A stretch of DNA of 64,000 nucleotides from an uncultured Alphaproteobacteria bacterium (GTDB lineage Bacteria; Pseudomonadota; Alphaproteobacteria; Rhizobiales; Beijerinckiaceae), in contig CAVXVZ010000011.1 of assembly GCA_963765375.1 (NCBI GenBank), forward strand, positions 272,956-336,955. The letters run 5' to 3'. The notes beneath the pieces are model-generated. The model made no database searches, had not been told where the DNA came from, and was given only the letters and a program-made list of their open reading frames with translations. Within the stretch, counting starts at the first letter, position 1. Every line of letters starts with the position of its first letter. Position numbers and translations under genes: made by a program. Below, one piece after another: positions 56,709 through 64,000 of this stretch.

Positions 56709-58214
56709 ATGATGAAATTTAGCGAACTCGGCCTGAGCGAAAAAGTGCTCAAAGCCGTCGAGGCGTCCGGCTACGACACGCCGACGCCGATCCAGGAACA
56801 AGCCATTCCGTTCGCCCTGCAGGGCCGCGACATACTGGGCATCGCCCAGACCGGCACCGGCAAGACCGCTGCCTTCACCCTGCCGATGCTGTCGACGCTC
56901 GAGCGCGGTCGCGCTCGCGCCCGCATGCCGCGCACCCTCATCCTGGAGCCGACCCGCGAGCTCGCCGCTCAGGTCGAAGAGGCGTTCGGCAAATACGGCG
57001 TCAACCACAAGCTGAACCTCGCGCTCTTGATCGGAGGCGTCTCGTTTGGCGATCAGGAGACCAAGATCGCGCGCGGCGCCGACGTGGTCATCGCGACCCC
57101 CGGACGCCTGCTCGATTTCACCGAGCGCGGCGGCCTGCTCCTGAACGCGATCGAAATCCTGGTGATCGACGAAGCCGACCGGATGCTCGACATGGGCTTC
57201 ATTCCCGACATCGAGCGCATCTGCAAGCTGGTGCCGTTCACCCGCCAGACGCTGTTCTTCTCGGCGACCATGCCGCCGGAAATCACCCGCCTCGCCGATG
57301 CGTTCCTGCACAATCCGGTCCGCGTCGAAGTTTCCCGCGCCGCCACGATGCCCGAGAACATCGCCCATACGCTCGTGCCTTCGGGCGGAACGCCGGAAGA
57401 GAAGCGCTCGACGCTCAGGCGACTCATCCGCGGCGCCGACAACTTCAAGAACGCGCTCATCTTCTGCAACCGCAAGCGCGACGTGCAGGTGGTCTATCGG
57501 TCGCTGCAGAAGCACGGCTTCTCGGTCCTGGCGCTGCACGGCGATCTCGACCAGCGCATGCGCATGGCGGCCCTCGACGCGTTCCGCGCCGACGAGGTCC
57601 AGCTCCTGGTCTGCTCCGACGTCGCCGCCCGGGGGCTCGACATCCCCGACGTCAGTCACGTGATCAACTATGACGCGCCGCATCATTCCGAGGATTACGT
57701 CCATCGGATCGGCCGCACCGGCCGCGCCGGCAAATCCGGCGTCGCGCTGACCCTCGTCTCGCGCATCGACCAGAAGGCGATCGCCGAGATCGAGAAGCTC
57801 ATCGCGCGCAAGATCGACTGGCAGGACGGCGCTCAATTGCCCCCGGACGACGAGGCCGAAGCGCCTCGGCGCGAGCGGCCGCAGGGCGGCCGCGGCCGCG
57901 GCGCACACAGGCGCTCCGAGCGCGCCGCGCCGGTCGAGGGCGGCGAGCGCCCGGACCGGAGCGCCGACCGCCATCCCGATTCGCGCCGCCATCACGCCGA
58001 GCGTCCGCCCCGCGAGCGCATCGCCGCCGAGGCCGAGCGCGCCCCGGCCCCGCGCGCCCCTTCTTTCGCCGAGCCCCCGTCGCGTCGGGAGCGTCCGCGC
58101 CGCGAAGAGGACGCGCCGGTGATCGGCCTGGGCGACCACGTGCCCGACTTCCTCCTCCGCCCGGTCAAGGCGCGCGCGAAGCCAGCGCGCGAGCCGATCG
58201 AAGCGGAGGAGTGA
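56709..58214 (+). CDS. rhlE: DEAD-box ATP-dependent RNA helicase (RhlE-like) with an Arg-rich C-terminal tail
   Basis: ATG at 56709 or 56712 (MMKFSELGLSEKVLKAVEASGYDTPTPIQEQAIP gives the Q motif). It has AQTGTGKTAAF, DEAD (VIDEADRML), SAT and HRIGRTGRAG. The tail is RRERPQGGRGRGAHRRSER... Confidence 0.93.
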   Translation: MMKFSELGLSEKVLKAVEASGYDTPTPIQEQAIPFALQGRDILGIAQTGTGKTAAFTLPMLSTLERGRARARMPRTLILEPTRELAAQVEEAFGKYGVNHKLNLALLIGGVSFGDQETKIARGADVVIATPGRLLDFTERGGLLLNAIEILVIDEADRMLDMGFIPDIERICKLVPFTRQTLFFSATMPPEITRLADAFLHNPVRVEVSRAATMPENIAHTLVPSGGTPEEKRSTLRRLIRGADNFKNALIFCNRKRDVQVVYRSLQKHGFSVLALHGDLDQRMRMAALDAFRADEVQLLVCSDVAARGLDIPDVSHVINYDAPHHSEDYVHRIGRTGRAGKSGVALTLVSRIDQKAIAEIEKLIARKIDWQDGAQLPPDDEAEAPRRERPQGGRGRGAHRRSERAAPVEGGERPDRSADRHPDSRRHHAERPPRERIAAEAERAPAPRAPSFAEPPSRRERPRREEDAPVIGLGDHVPDFLLRPVKARAKPAREPIEAEE

Positions 58215-58274
58215 TCTGTACCCGCGCTCGGGGCGAGCGCGGGTGACGCGGTCAGCGACCGCGTCCACAAAAGC

Positions 58275-58628
58275 TCAAGTCTTCCTCGCCCTCGCTGGCT
58301 TTCGCGCCTTGGCTTCGGCCGCGCGCCGCGCCGCCTCGAGCCCAAGCGAAGCCCAGCGGCGCAACTCGTCGGGTTCTGAGCGGGCGATCGCCGGAAGGCG
58401 CCAGAAGGACGTGGCCATCGGCTTGCCCCTTGCCACATGAACGAACGGCGAGGAGCCGACGGCGGCGAATTCGGGCTGCGAGAGCGAATCGACCTTCAGG
58501 AACGCTTCATCGTCCTGCTCAATCGCGAAGCAGAGGCCCTCGGCGTAGACGCCGGCGCCGCCAAACATGCGCTTGACCGCGACCGCCCCGAACGGCTTGA
58601 AGAGTTCCTTCAAAGCCTCTAGGTTCAT
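58275..58628 (-). CDS. TfoX/Sxy N-terminal-domain family protein
   Basis: 117 aa. The sequence VAVKRMFGGAGVYAEGLCFAIEQDDEAFLKVD is the TfoX_N pattern. Confidence 0.75.
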   Translation of the reverse strand: MNLEALKELFKPFGAVAVKRMFGGAGVYAEGLCFAIEQDDEAFLKVDSLSQPEFAAVGSSPFVHVARGKPMATSFWRLPAIARSEPDELRRWASLGLEAARRAAEAKARKPARARKT

Positions 58629-58637
58629 TGAGGAAAA

Positions 58638-58964
58638 CTAGGCCGGCGCGTTGAGGGCCTCGGGGCTCGCCGGGGTAATCGCGACGCTTTCGCCGCAGCC
58701 GCAGGCCGAAGTCTCGTTGGGATTGGAGAAGGCGAAGGTCGCCGCCAGGCGGTCGACCTTGAAATCCATCTGCGAGCCGAGCAGAAACAGCACCGCCTTC
58801 GGGTCGATCAGCAGCTTGACGCCCTTGTCCTCGACGATTTCGTCCATTGGCGTCGCGCTCTCGGCGAGCTCCATCGTATAGGACATGCCGGCGCAGCCGC
58901 CGTTTTTGACGCCGACGCGCAGGCCCGCGACCGGCTTGCCCGCTGCCTCAGTCAGCTCGCGCAC
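58638..58964 (-). CDS. Iron-sulfur cluster insertion/assembly protein (ErpA/IscA/HesB family); the 5' end is disrupted or non-canonical
   Basis: It has GLRVGVKNGGCAGMSYTM and a C-terminal NPNETSACGCGESV (the three Cys ligands). The listed GTG start removes the usual N-terminus. Upstream in the same frame is ...TGA CTT CTG ACC GAC GCG GCG GCC GCG CGT (LLTDAAAARV). The ATG at 58995 is one base out of frame. Confidence 0.8.
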   Translation of the reverse strand: MRELTEAAGKPVAGLRVGVKNGGCAGMSYTMELAESATPMDEIVEDKGVKLLIDPKAVLFLLGSQMDFKVDRLAATFAFSNPNETSACGCGESVAITPASPEALNAPA

Positions 58965-59612
58965 ACGCGCGGCCGCCGCGTCGGTCAGAAGTCATCACCT
59001 GTCGCCGCAGGAGTCGGGACGCCATTGCAAGGTCTCCTTCGACCGGGCCCCGCCCGGCCGGTCGAACCCTATATAGCATTCGGTCAGGCAGTTTGACAGT
59101 GCGGCCCGGATCCGCGGCGACGCCTCGGCGCCTGCAAATGTGCGACAGGACCCAGGGCGCTTTCAGGAGGCTTTTGATGACGGCGGCCGCGGCTAACCCA
59201 AGTAACTGTTAGCCTCTGGGGCCATCATCATGAGACACAGAAAGGCGCTCGCGATGAAAACGGTTACGCCACCCAGGCACGCTGCGCCCCATAGGAAAGC
59301 ACGGCGGCTGGACCATCGCACAGGTGTTCCTGGCGCCCGGCTCTTATCTTCGGCCGCACCGTCCAGCAACCATGCATGCTGGCGCCCGGCAGGCAGCTCG
59401 CGCAGGCTCATCGACCATGCCCTCCTGGCGCGCCAATCGCCCATCTCTGAAGAGCTGAGGGAACGGCGACCCGTGCGGATATGTTCCGTTCATTAACACT
59501 AATGGACGTGAGTCGTCAACCGCAGATTGTATAATATTCAACCATCGCGTGTAGGCTGGCGGCCCTTTGGCGGCGGCGTTTGCGCGCCACCCGGTTCGTG
59601 CTAGGCGGAAAC

Positions 59613-59744
59613 ATGGCTTCCCGACGCCCACGCAAGACCGCCAAGCCCCTCCTCACCATGCACGACTGGGAGGCGAAGCATTACGTCATCGCGGCGGTGA
59701 TCATCCTCGTGGTGATGGGGATGTTCGCCTATAGCTGGTCGTAG
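59613..59744 (+). CDS. Possible 43-aa single-TM small protein (MASRRPRKTAKPLLTMHDWEAKHYVIAAVIILVVMGMFAYSWS)
   Basis: My own reading; it is below the ORF-track size cut-off. It has a basic N-terminus plus one clean hydrophobic helix, is followed by a hairpin terminator, and is preceded by an AT-rich patch containing TATAAT (about 59531). There is no family assignment. Confidence 0.3.
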   Translation: MASRRPRKTAKPLLTMHDWEAKHYVIAAVIILVVMGMFAYSWS

Positions 59745-59785
59745 CGGCGCCCCCGCAACCGCGGGCCGCGCCGAAAGACCAACAA

Positions 59786-59809
59786 AAAGGCCGCCCAACG
59801 GCGGCCTTT
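59786..59809. terminator. Bidirectional hairpin terminator between the small ORF and the PEP-CTERM gene
   Basis: AAAGGCCGCC-caac-GGCGGCCTTT forms a 10-bp stem. On the minus strand it is followed by TTTTGTTGG, and on the plus strand by CCTTCGATTTG. Confidence 0.7.
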
Positions 59810-59845
59810 CCTTCGATTTGCGTGGTCTTGGTGGTCTTGGCGCTC

Positions 59846-60442
59846 TTATGCGGCCGCCAGCGCCGCGCGCTTCCGATAGGCAAGGAACCCAAGGCCCGCG
59901 AAGCCGAGGCACATCATCGCCCAGGTCGAGGGTTCCGGGACGCCGCCCGTCGCCTCGAAGCTGAGCGCCGTGACTGAGTCAAACGTCAAAGTGCCGCCAG
60001 CGGTCTGAAACGTCGCGGGTGCGACAGAAAGGCCGCCGCTCGTCAATGGTAGCGCATTGATCAGATTGTAGGTTTCGAATACGGCCGCCGTCAGCGATTC
60101 GTCAGGAAATGGCGGGAGGGCTTGACCAAAACCCATGAAACCCGGACTCGCGGTGTTCTCGATGAGCACAGGAGAGGGGATCGTGTCCGAGAGCGCGCCA
60201 GAAACGAATGTCGTGAGGCCGGTGTTTCGAAGCTCGCCGCCGCCGCCGGTCACTGTAGAAGTGTCGGAGACCATTGTTACCGTGAAGGCGCCGTCAAACG
60301 CGGTTCCGTCAAGCGAACCCGAGCCGCTGCCGGCGAAAGTGTACGTAATCACTGCCGCGTTCGCGCTGGTCGCGGAAACCAACATTCCCGCCGCCCCCAG
60401 CGCTCCGACTCCCGCCGCGAACGCCAAAAGATGTTTCCTCAT
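59846..60442 (-). CDS. PEP-CTERM sorting-domain secreted protein
   Basis: ATG at 60442 with GGAGGA upstream and signal peptide MRKHLLAFAAGVGALGAAGMLVSATSANA. The C-terminus is GGVPEPSTWAMMCLGFAGLGFLAYRKRAALAAA (PEP motif plus TM helix plus basic tail). Confidence 0.88.
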   Translation of the reverse strand: MRKHLLAFAAGVGALGAAGMLVSATSANAAVITYTFAGSGSGSLDGTAFDGAFTVTMVSDTSTVTGGGGELRNTGLTTFVSGALSDTIPSPVLIENTASPGFMGFGQALPPFPDESLTAAVFETYNLINALPLTSGGLSVAPATFQTAGGTLTFDSVTALSFEATGGVPEPSTWAMMCLGFAGLGFLAYRKRAALAAA

Positions 60443-60546
60443 CCCAGATCCTCCAAGATCAAACGGATATCCCCCAGAAAACAGCGACTTATGTTTCAAA
60501 GCGAATCCGGATTCATCGCCGCTGACTTGATCATTACCGTTCCGTA

Positions 60547-61532
60547 ATGTCGTGTCAATCACATTTTCCCGAACCGCGCTGGCCTAGAGTTTGGAGCTTC
60601 GCCTCCGGTTGTGGCAAAGCGCCCTCGCCTCCAGCGCGCCGAGTTCCAGAATTGCCCACCTCCAAGTCTGACGACGCCCTCCTCGCCCGCATCGCCGACG
60701 CGCTCGAGCGGCTCGCGCCCGCCCCTACGCCCGCGCCCGATTTCGACGCGGCGGAAGCGTTCATCTGGCGCGCCGACAGCGGCGCGCTCGCCCCCGTTTT
60801 GCGGGTCAACCGGATCGACATCTCGCTCCTGCGCGGCGTCGACCGGGTGCGCGACCTTCTGGTCGAGAACACCCGCCGCTTCGCCCGCGCCCTGCCCGCC
60901 AACAATGCGCTGCTGTGGGGCGCGCGCGGCATGGGCAAGTCGTCGCTGGTCAAGGCGGCGCATGCCGCGATCAACCGCGAGAAGGGCGTCGCCGGCCGCC
61001 TCAAGCTGGTCGAGATCCATCGCGAGGACATCGAGGGCCTGCCGGCGCTGATGAGCGCGCTGCGCGAGGCGCCTCATCGGTTCATCGTCTTCTGCGACGA
61101 CCTCTCGTTCGACGCCGGCGATGCGTCCTATAAGTCGCTCAAGGCCGCGCTCGAGGGCGGGGTCGAAGGCCGCCCGGCCAACGTCCTCTTCTACGCGACC
61201 TCGAACCGCCGCGCACATGATGCCGCGCGACATGATGGAGAACGAGCGCGGAAGCGCCATCAATCCGGGCGAAGCGGTCGAGGAGAAGGTGTCGCTCTCC
61301 GACCGGTTCGGCCTCTGGCTCGGCTTCCACCATTGCAGCCAGGACGATTATCTCGCCATGGTCATGGGCTACGCCAAGCATTTCCGGCTCGACGCGCCGC
61401 GTCGACCAGCTCGAAGCCGAGGCGCTCGAATGGGCGACGACGCGCGGCTCCCGCTCCGGCCGCACGGCGTGGCAATTCATCCAGGATCTCGCGGGGCGGC
61501 TGGGCAAGCCGCTCGACGCTGTTCCCGACTGA
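60547..61532 (+). pseudogene. DUF815-type AAA/P-loop ATPase, interrupted by two +1 frameshifts as sequenced
   Basis: Frame 1 reads ...LLWGARGMGKSSLVKAAHAAI (P-loop)...FIVFCDDLSF...VLFYATSNRR. Frame 2, from about 61210, reads HMMPRDMMENERGSAINPGEAVEEKVSLSDRFGLWLGFHHCSQDDYLAMVMGYAKHFRLD. Frame 3, from about 61400, reads VDQLEAEALEWATTRGSRSGRTAWQFIQDLAGRLGKPLDAVPD* with the stop at 61530-61532. The three pieces join into one typical DUF815 protein. Confidence 0.8.
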
Positions 61533-61682
61533 GGGCCACCTAACAAGGCGAAGGCGGCGGGCCTTTCCTTGGACCCGCCGCCCTCGTTGTCCGTTCGAGG
61601 ATGAGAGGCGTCTCGCGGAAATCCTCGAAGGTCAGGGTTTGCCAGGCAGGGGCCTGGATTCGACCATCCCGTCCGGCCTCGG

Positions 61683-62835
61683 TCAGAGGCCGGCGAGATA
61701 GTTGGTGGGATCGACCGGGGTCGATCCCTTGCGCAATTCGAAGTGGAGCTGCGGCGCGTTGACGTTGCCGGTGTCGCCGGACTTGGCGATCACCTGCCCG
61801 CGCTTGACCTGCTCGCCGCGCTTGACGTCGAGTTCGCCGTTGTTGCCGTAAGCGGTGACGAAGCCGTTGGGATGCTTGATCAGCACCAGGTTGCCGTAAC
61901 CTTTCAGCCCGTCGCCCGAGTAGACGACGACGCCGCTCTCGGCCGCCCGGACCGAGGTCCCGGCCGGCACGGAGATGTTGATGCCGTCGTTGCCGCCGGC
62001 CTTGAACCCCTGGATGATGCGGCCGCGCGCCGGCCAGCGGAATTCGGGCTCGACGCCGGCGGCGTCGGCTTTCGCCCCGGTAAGCGGGACCTTGCTCTCC
62101 GAGGCGCCGGATTCGAGGTTGCCGGTCGGCGCCTTGTCGACCAATGGCGTCTTCGTCTCCGCTGGCTTGGCCGGTTCGGCATAGGCGACGGCGCCGCCCG
62201 CGTCGTTCTTGGACGCGGACTTCTGGTCCTCGCCCGGCTTGTCGGCTTTGGCGAGGTCCTTTTCTTTTTCCTTCTCCTTTGCCTTGGCGGACTTGGCCGC
62301 TTCGGCGTCGGCGACGTCCGCGGCGCGCTTTCGCGCCTTTCCCCAATTCGGCGCTCGCCACGCCGTGGCCGTCGGCGTGATAGACGGGCACGACGATGCG
62401 CATCCCGCTCTTGACCTCGGAGCCCTTGGAAAGGCCGTTGGCGGCGAGGAGCGCGGCGGCGGGCACGCCGTAACGGCCCGAAAGCGTGTCCAGAGTCTCG
62501 CCGTCGGCGACCACGATCGGCGAGCCGCCGGCGGCGGTCCAGCCGACGGCCGAGCCTCCCACCGCCTGCGGCTTGTGGGCGGCCGAAGCGCTTTGCGTCG
62601 CCGGCGCTGCGGGCGCCCCTTGCGCCAGCGGCGCAGTGGTTACAGCCGTCGTCGGCGCGGCGTCCGCCGTCTTGCTCGCGAACGGATTGGAGAACGGATT
62701 TCCAGAGAACGGACTGGGGCTGGCGCTGAAGCGCGTCACGTCGGACGAACACCCCGAGAGCAATGCAAGGCCAAGCCCGGCCAGCGCGAGACGCGGCAAC
62801 GCGCGTCCTCTTATCCACGCAACGCGATCACTCAT
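61683..62835 (-). pseudogene. nlpD: NlpD-like lipoprotein (LysM plus M23 peptidase), interrupted by one +1 frameshift in the Lys/Ala/Glu-rich linker as sequenced
   Basis: The N-terminal frame has a lipobox (LALLSGCSS) and a LysM domain (IVVADGETLDTLSGRYGVPAAALLAANGL...MRIVVP). The C-terminal frame (track ORF 61683..62144) has RWPARGRIIQGF...GINISVPAGTSVRAAESGVVVYSG..LKGYGNLVLIKHPNGFVTAYGNN (M23). The M23 frame stays open upstream through AADVADAEAAKSAKAKEKEKEKDLAKADKPGEDQK..., so the shift lies near 62320-62335. Confidence 0.8.
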
Positions 62836-62964
62836 CGGCTTCCACCCACGCCCACGCCACTAGCAGTGAAACGAGTTTGCGCCGATCGAGTTAAGGGAAG
62901 GTTTAAGATGAATCGGCGGTGACTGTTATCTTCGAATCCGGCGCGTCGAATGAGCGCGTGGCGC

Positions 62965-63621
62965 CTACAAGGCGCGCGCGAGGCCGCGCTCGAGCGGCCG
63001 CAAGGCTCGCGCCGGGCCGAAGTCTGCGGCCTCGAGCGCGCCCTTGGGGTCACCGGCCAGCCTCACGATCCGTTGCTCGCCCCGTTCCGGACCGGCCACG
63101 GCCGCGACCAGAACCCCGTCCGCCACGATGAGATCGCGAAACGCCTCGCCCGGCGGCTCGATCAGGCCATGCACGATCACCCGATCGAACCGTTCGCCCG
63201 AGCGGTGAAAGTCAAATCCGTCCTCCCACCGGATCGCGACATTGGCGAGCCCGAAGGTCTTGATCCGGGCGGAGGCCTCGACCGCCAGCGTCTCGAACCG
63301 CTCAAGCGAGACGACCGAGTTCGCAAGTTGGGCGAGCAACGCCGTGCAATAGCCTGTTCCGGTTCCAATTTCGCACACCTGGTGCGACGGCTTGAGTTCG
63401 AGCGCGGCGATCATCGCGGCGACGATCGACGGCGGTGGCGACGTCTGTCCGCAGCCGATCGGCAGCGCGATGTCGCGCCCCGAAATGTCGGCGAACCGCT
63501 GCGGCATGAAGAGCGCCCGGGGCGCGCGTTCGAGCGCCCGCAGGAGGCCGAGGTCGTTGATGCCTTTCGCCCGCATCGCCAGCGTGAACTGGGCGCGTTC
63601 TTCCTGCTCGGTCGCGCTCAT
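62965..63621 (-). CDS. pcm: Protein-L-isoaspartate O-methyltransferase
   Basis: ATG at 63621 (MSATEQEERAQFTLAMRAKGI...). It has ALPIGCGQTSPPPSIVAAMIAAL and a SAM motif (VCEIGTGTGYCTALLAQL), and sits between surE and nlpD as in many proteobacteria. Confidence 0.88.
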   Translation of the reverse strand: MSATEQEERAQFTLAMRAKGINDLGLLRALERAPRALFMPQRFADISGRDIALPIGCGQTSPPPSIVAAMIAALELKPSHQVCEIGTGTGYCTALLAQLANSVVSLERFETLAVEASARIKTFGLANVAIRWEDGFDFHRSGERFDRVIVHGLIEPPGEAFRDLIVADGVLVAAVAGPERGEQRIVRLAGDPKGALEAADFGPARALRPLERGLARAL

Positions 63622-63655
63622 CGGCGCCTCTCGCCCGCCCGATGTCGCGCCTGCC

Positions 63656-64000
63656 TCATCGCCGCGCAAACGCCTTTTCGAACCGCAGGCGCGAATCGTT
63701 GTCCGTCAGGTCGAGCCTGAGCGGCGTGATCGAGATCTTCTTCGCCGCCAGGGCCGCGAGATCGGTCCCGTCCTCATGGTCGTAGGCGCCGCGCTGGAAC
63801 ATCAGCCAGAAATAGGGGAAGCCGCGGCCGTCGCGCCGCTCCTCGACCCGCATCAATTCGGCGTTGCGCCGGCCCTGGCGGGTGAGCTCGATCCCCGCCA
63901 CCTCGCTCGCCGCGCAGGCGGGGAAATTGACGTTGATGAGGCCGCCCGCGGCGATGCCGGCGGCGAGAATCGTGCGGATGACCGGCGCGGCGTGCGCTTC
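63656..64000 (-). CDS. surE: 5'/3'-nucleotidase SurE, 3' part only; runs off the right edge
   Basis: The C-terminus is ...GIELTRQGRRN...DGRGFPYFWLMFQ...DGTDLAALAAKKISITPLRLDLT (SurE signature GTD..A...G.ISITPL). The frame stays open to position 64000. Confidence 0.85.
   Translation of the reverse strand, partial: EAHAAPVIRTILAAGIAAGGLINVNFPACAASEVAGIELTRQGRRNAELMRVEERRDGRGFPYFWLMFQRGAYDHEDGTDLAALAAKKISITPLRLDLTDNDSRLRFEKAFARR

Noticed and set aside
59193-59444. 83-aa ORF (…AFLWGAACLGGVTVFIASAFLCLMMMA…) as an anti-sigma-like membrane protein
   Set aside because: It has only one hydrophobic stretch, no neighbouring sigma factor, no clear SD, and competing ORFs on the other strand. The evidence is insufficient to call it.

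Overview
64 kb of high-GC chromosome (roughly 65-70 % GC by eye). It is probably alphaproteobacterial: it has a surE-pcm-nlpD block, an NDUFS4-like 'ETC complex I subunit' gene between two tRNAs, and a PEP-CTERM protein. I can support about 55 protein genes, 2 tRNAs, 2 copies of a dispersed tandem-repeat element, a few operator and terminator candidates, and several frameshifted or relic genes.

Content, left to right:
- partial metallophosphoesterase
- RND efflux operon (adaptor plus pump) split by a low-GC foreign gene
- LVIVD-like repeat protein
- patatin plus GntP permease
- membrane protein plus an orphan phage tail-tube (gp19/TIGR02241-like) gene
- 7-gene Mrp/Mnh-type cation/proton antiporter operon (E-F-G-B-C-D-D)
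- small His-rich secreted protein
- orphan PhoB-type response regulator plus DUF763
- MscS channel with a cNMP-binding domain
- HlyD / fused ABC-2 permease / HlyD cluster
- a 12-kb one-direction catabolic array: LacI, Gfo/Idh/MocA oxidoreductase, CoA-transferase, enoyl-CoA hydratase, sugar ABC transporter, two GMC oxidoreductases; with a divergent FAD protein
- two secreted proteins
- tRNA-Arg(TCT), NDUFS4-like gene, tRNA-Pro(TGG), aspS
- crotonase and CoA-binding protein
- a stand-alone SIR2_2-type gene
- ribose-type ABC operon with a LacI/RbsR regulator
- DHFR-like gene and a DUF1254/DUF1214 gene
- an ATP-synthase beta relic
- rhlE-like helicase, TfoX-like gene, ErpA/IscA-like gene
- PEP-CTERM protein
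- DUF815 ATPase, NlpD-like gene, pcm, surE

I found no CRISPR array, rRNA, transposase or integrase, and no canonical multi-gene defence or secretion system. The most interesting candidates are:
- the solitary SIR2_2 gene behind about 600 bp of gene-free DNA
- the orphan tail-tube gene
- a 21-23 bp periodic repeat array present twice, each time just downstream of a stop codon in the same transcript orientation
- the low-GC gene wedged into the RND operon
- a LacI regulator that reads in frame into an ABC ATPase

Caveat: at least five conserved genes carry apparent +1 (single-base insertion type) frameshifts. This may be an assembly artefact, so all pseudogene or fusion calls are provisional. 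All family assignments come from motif recognition by eye, not from database searches.
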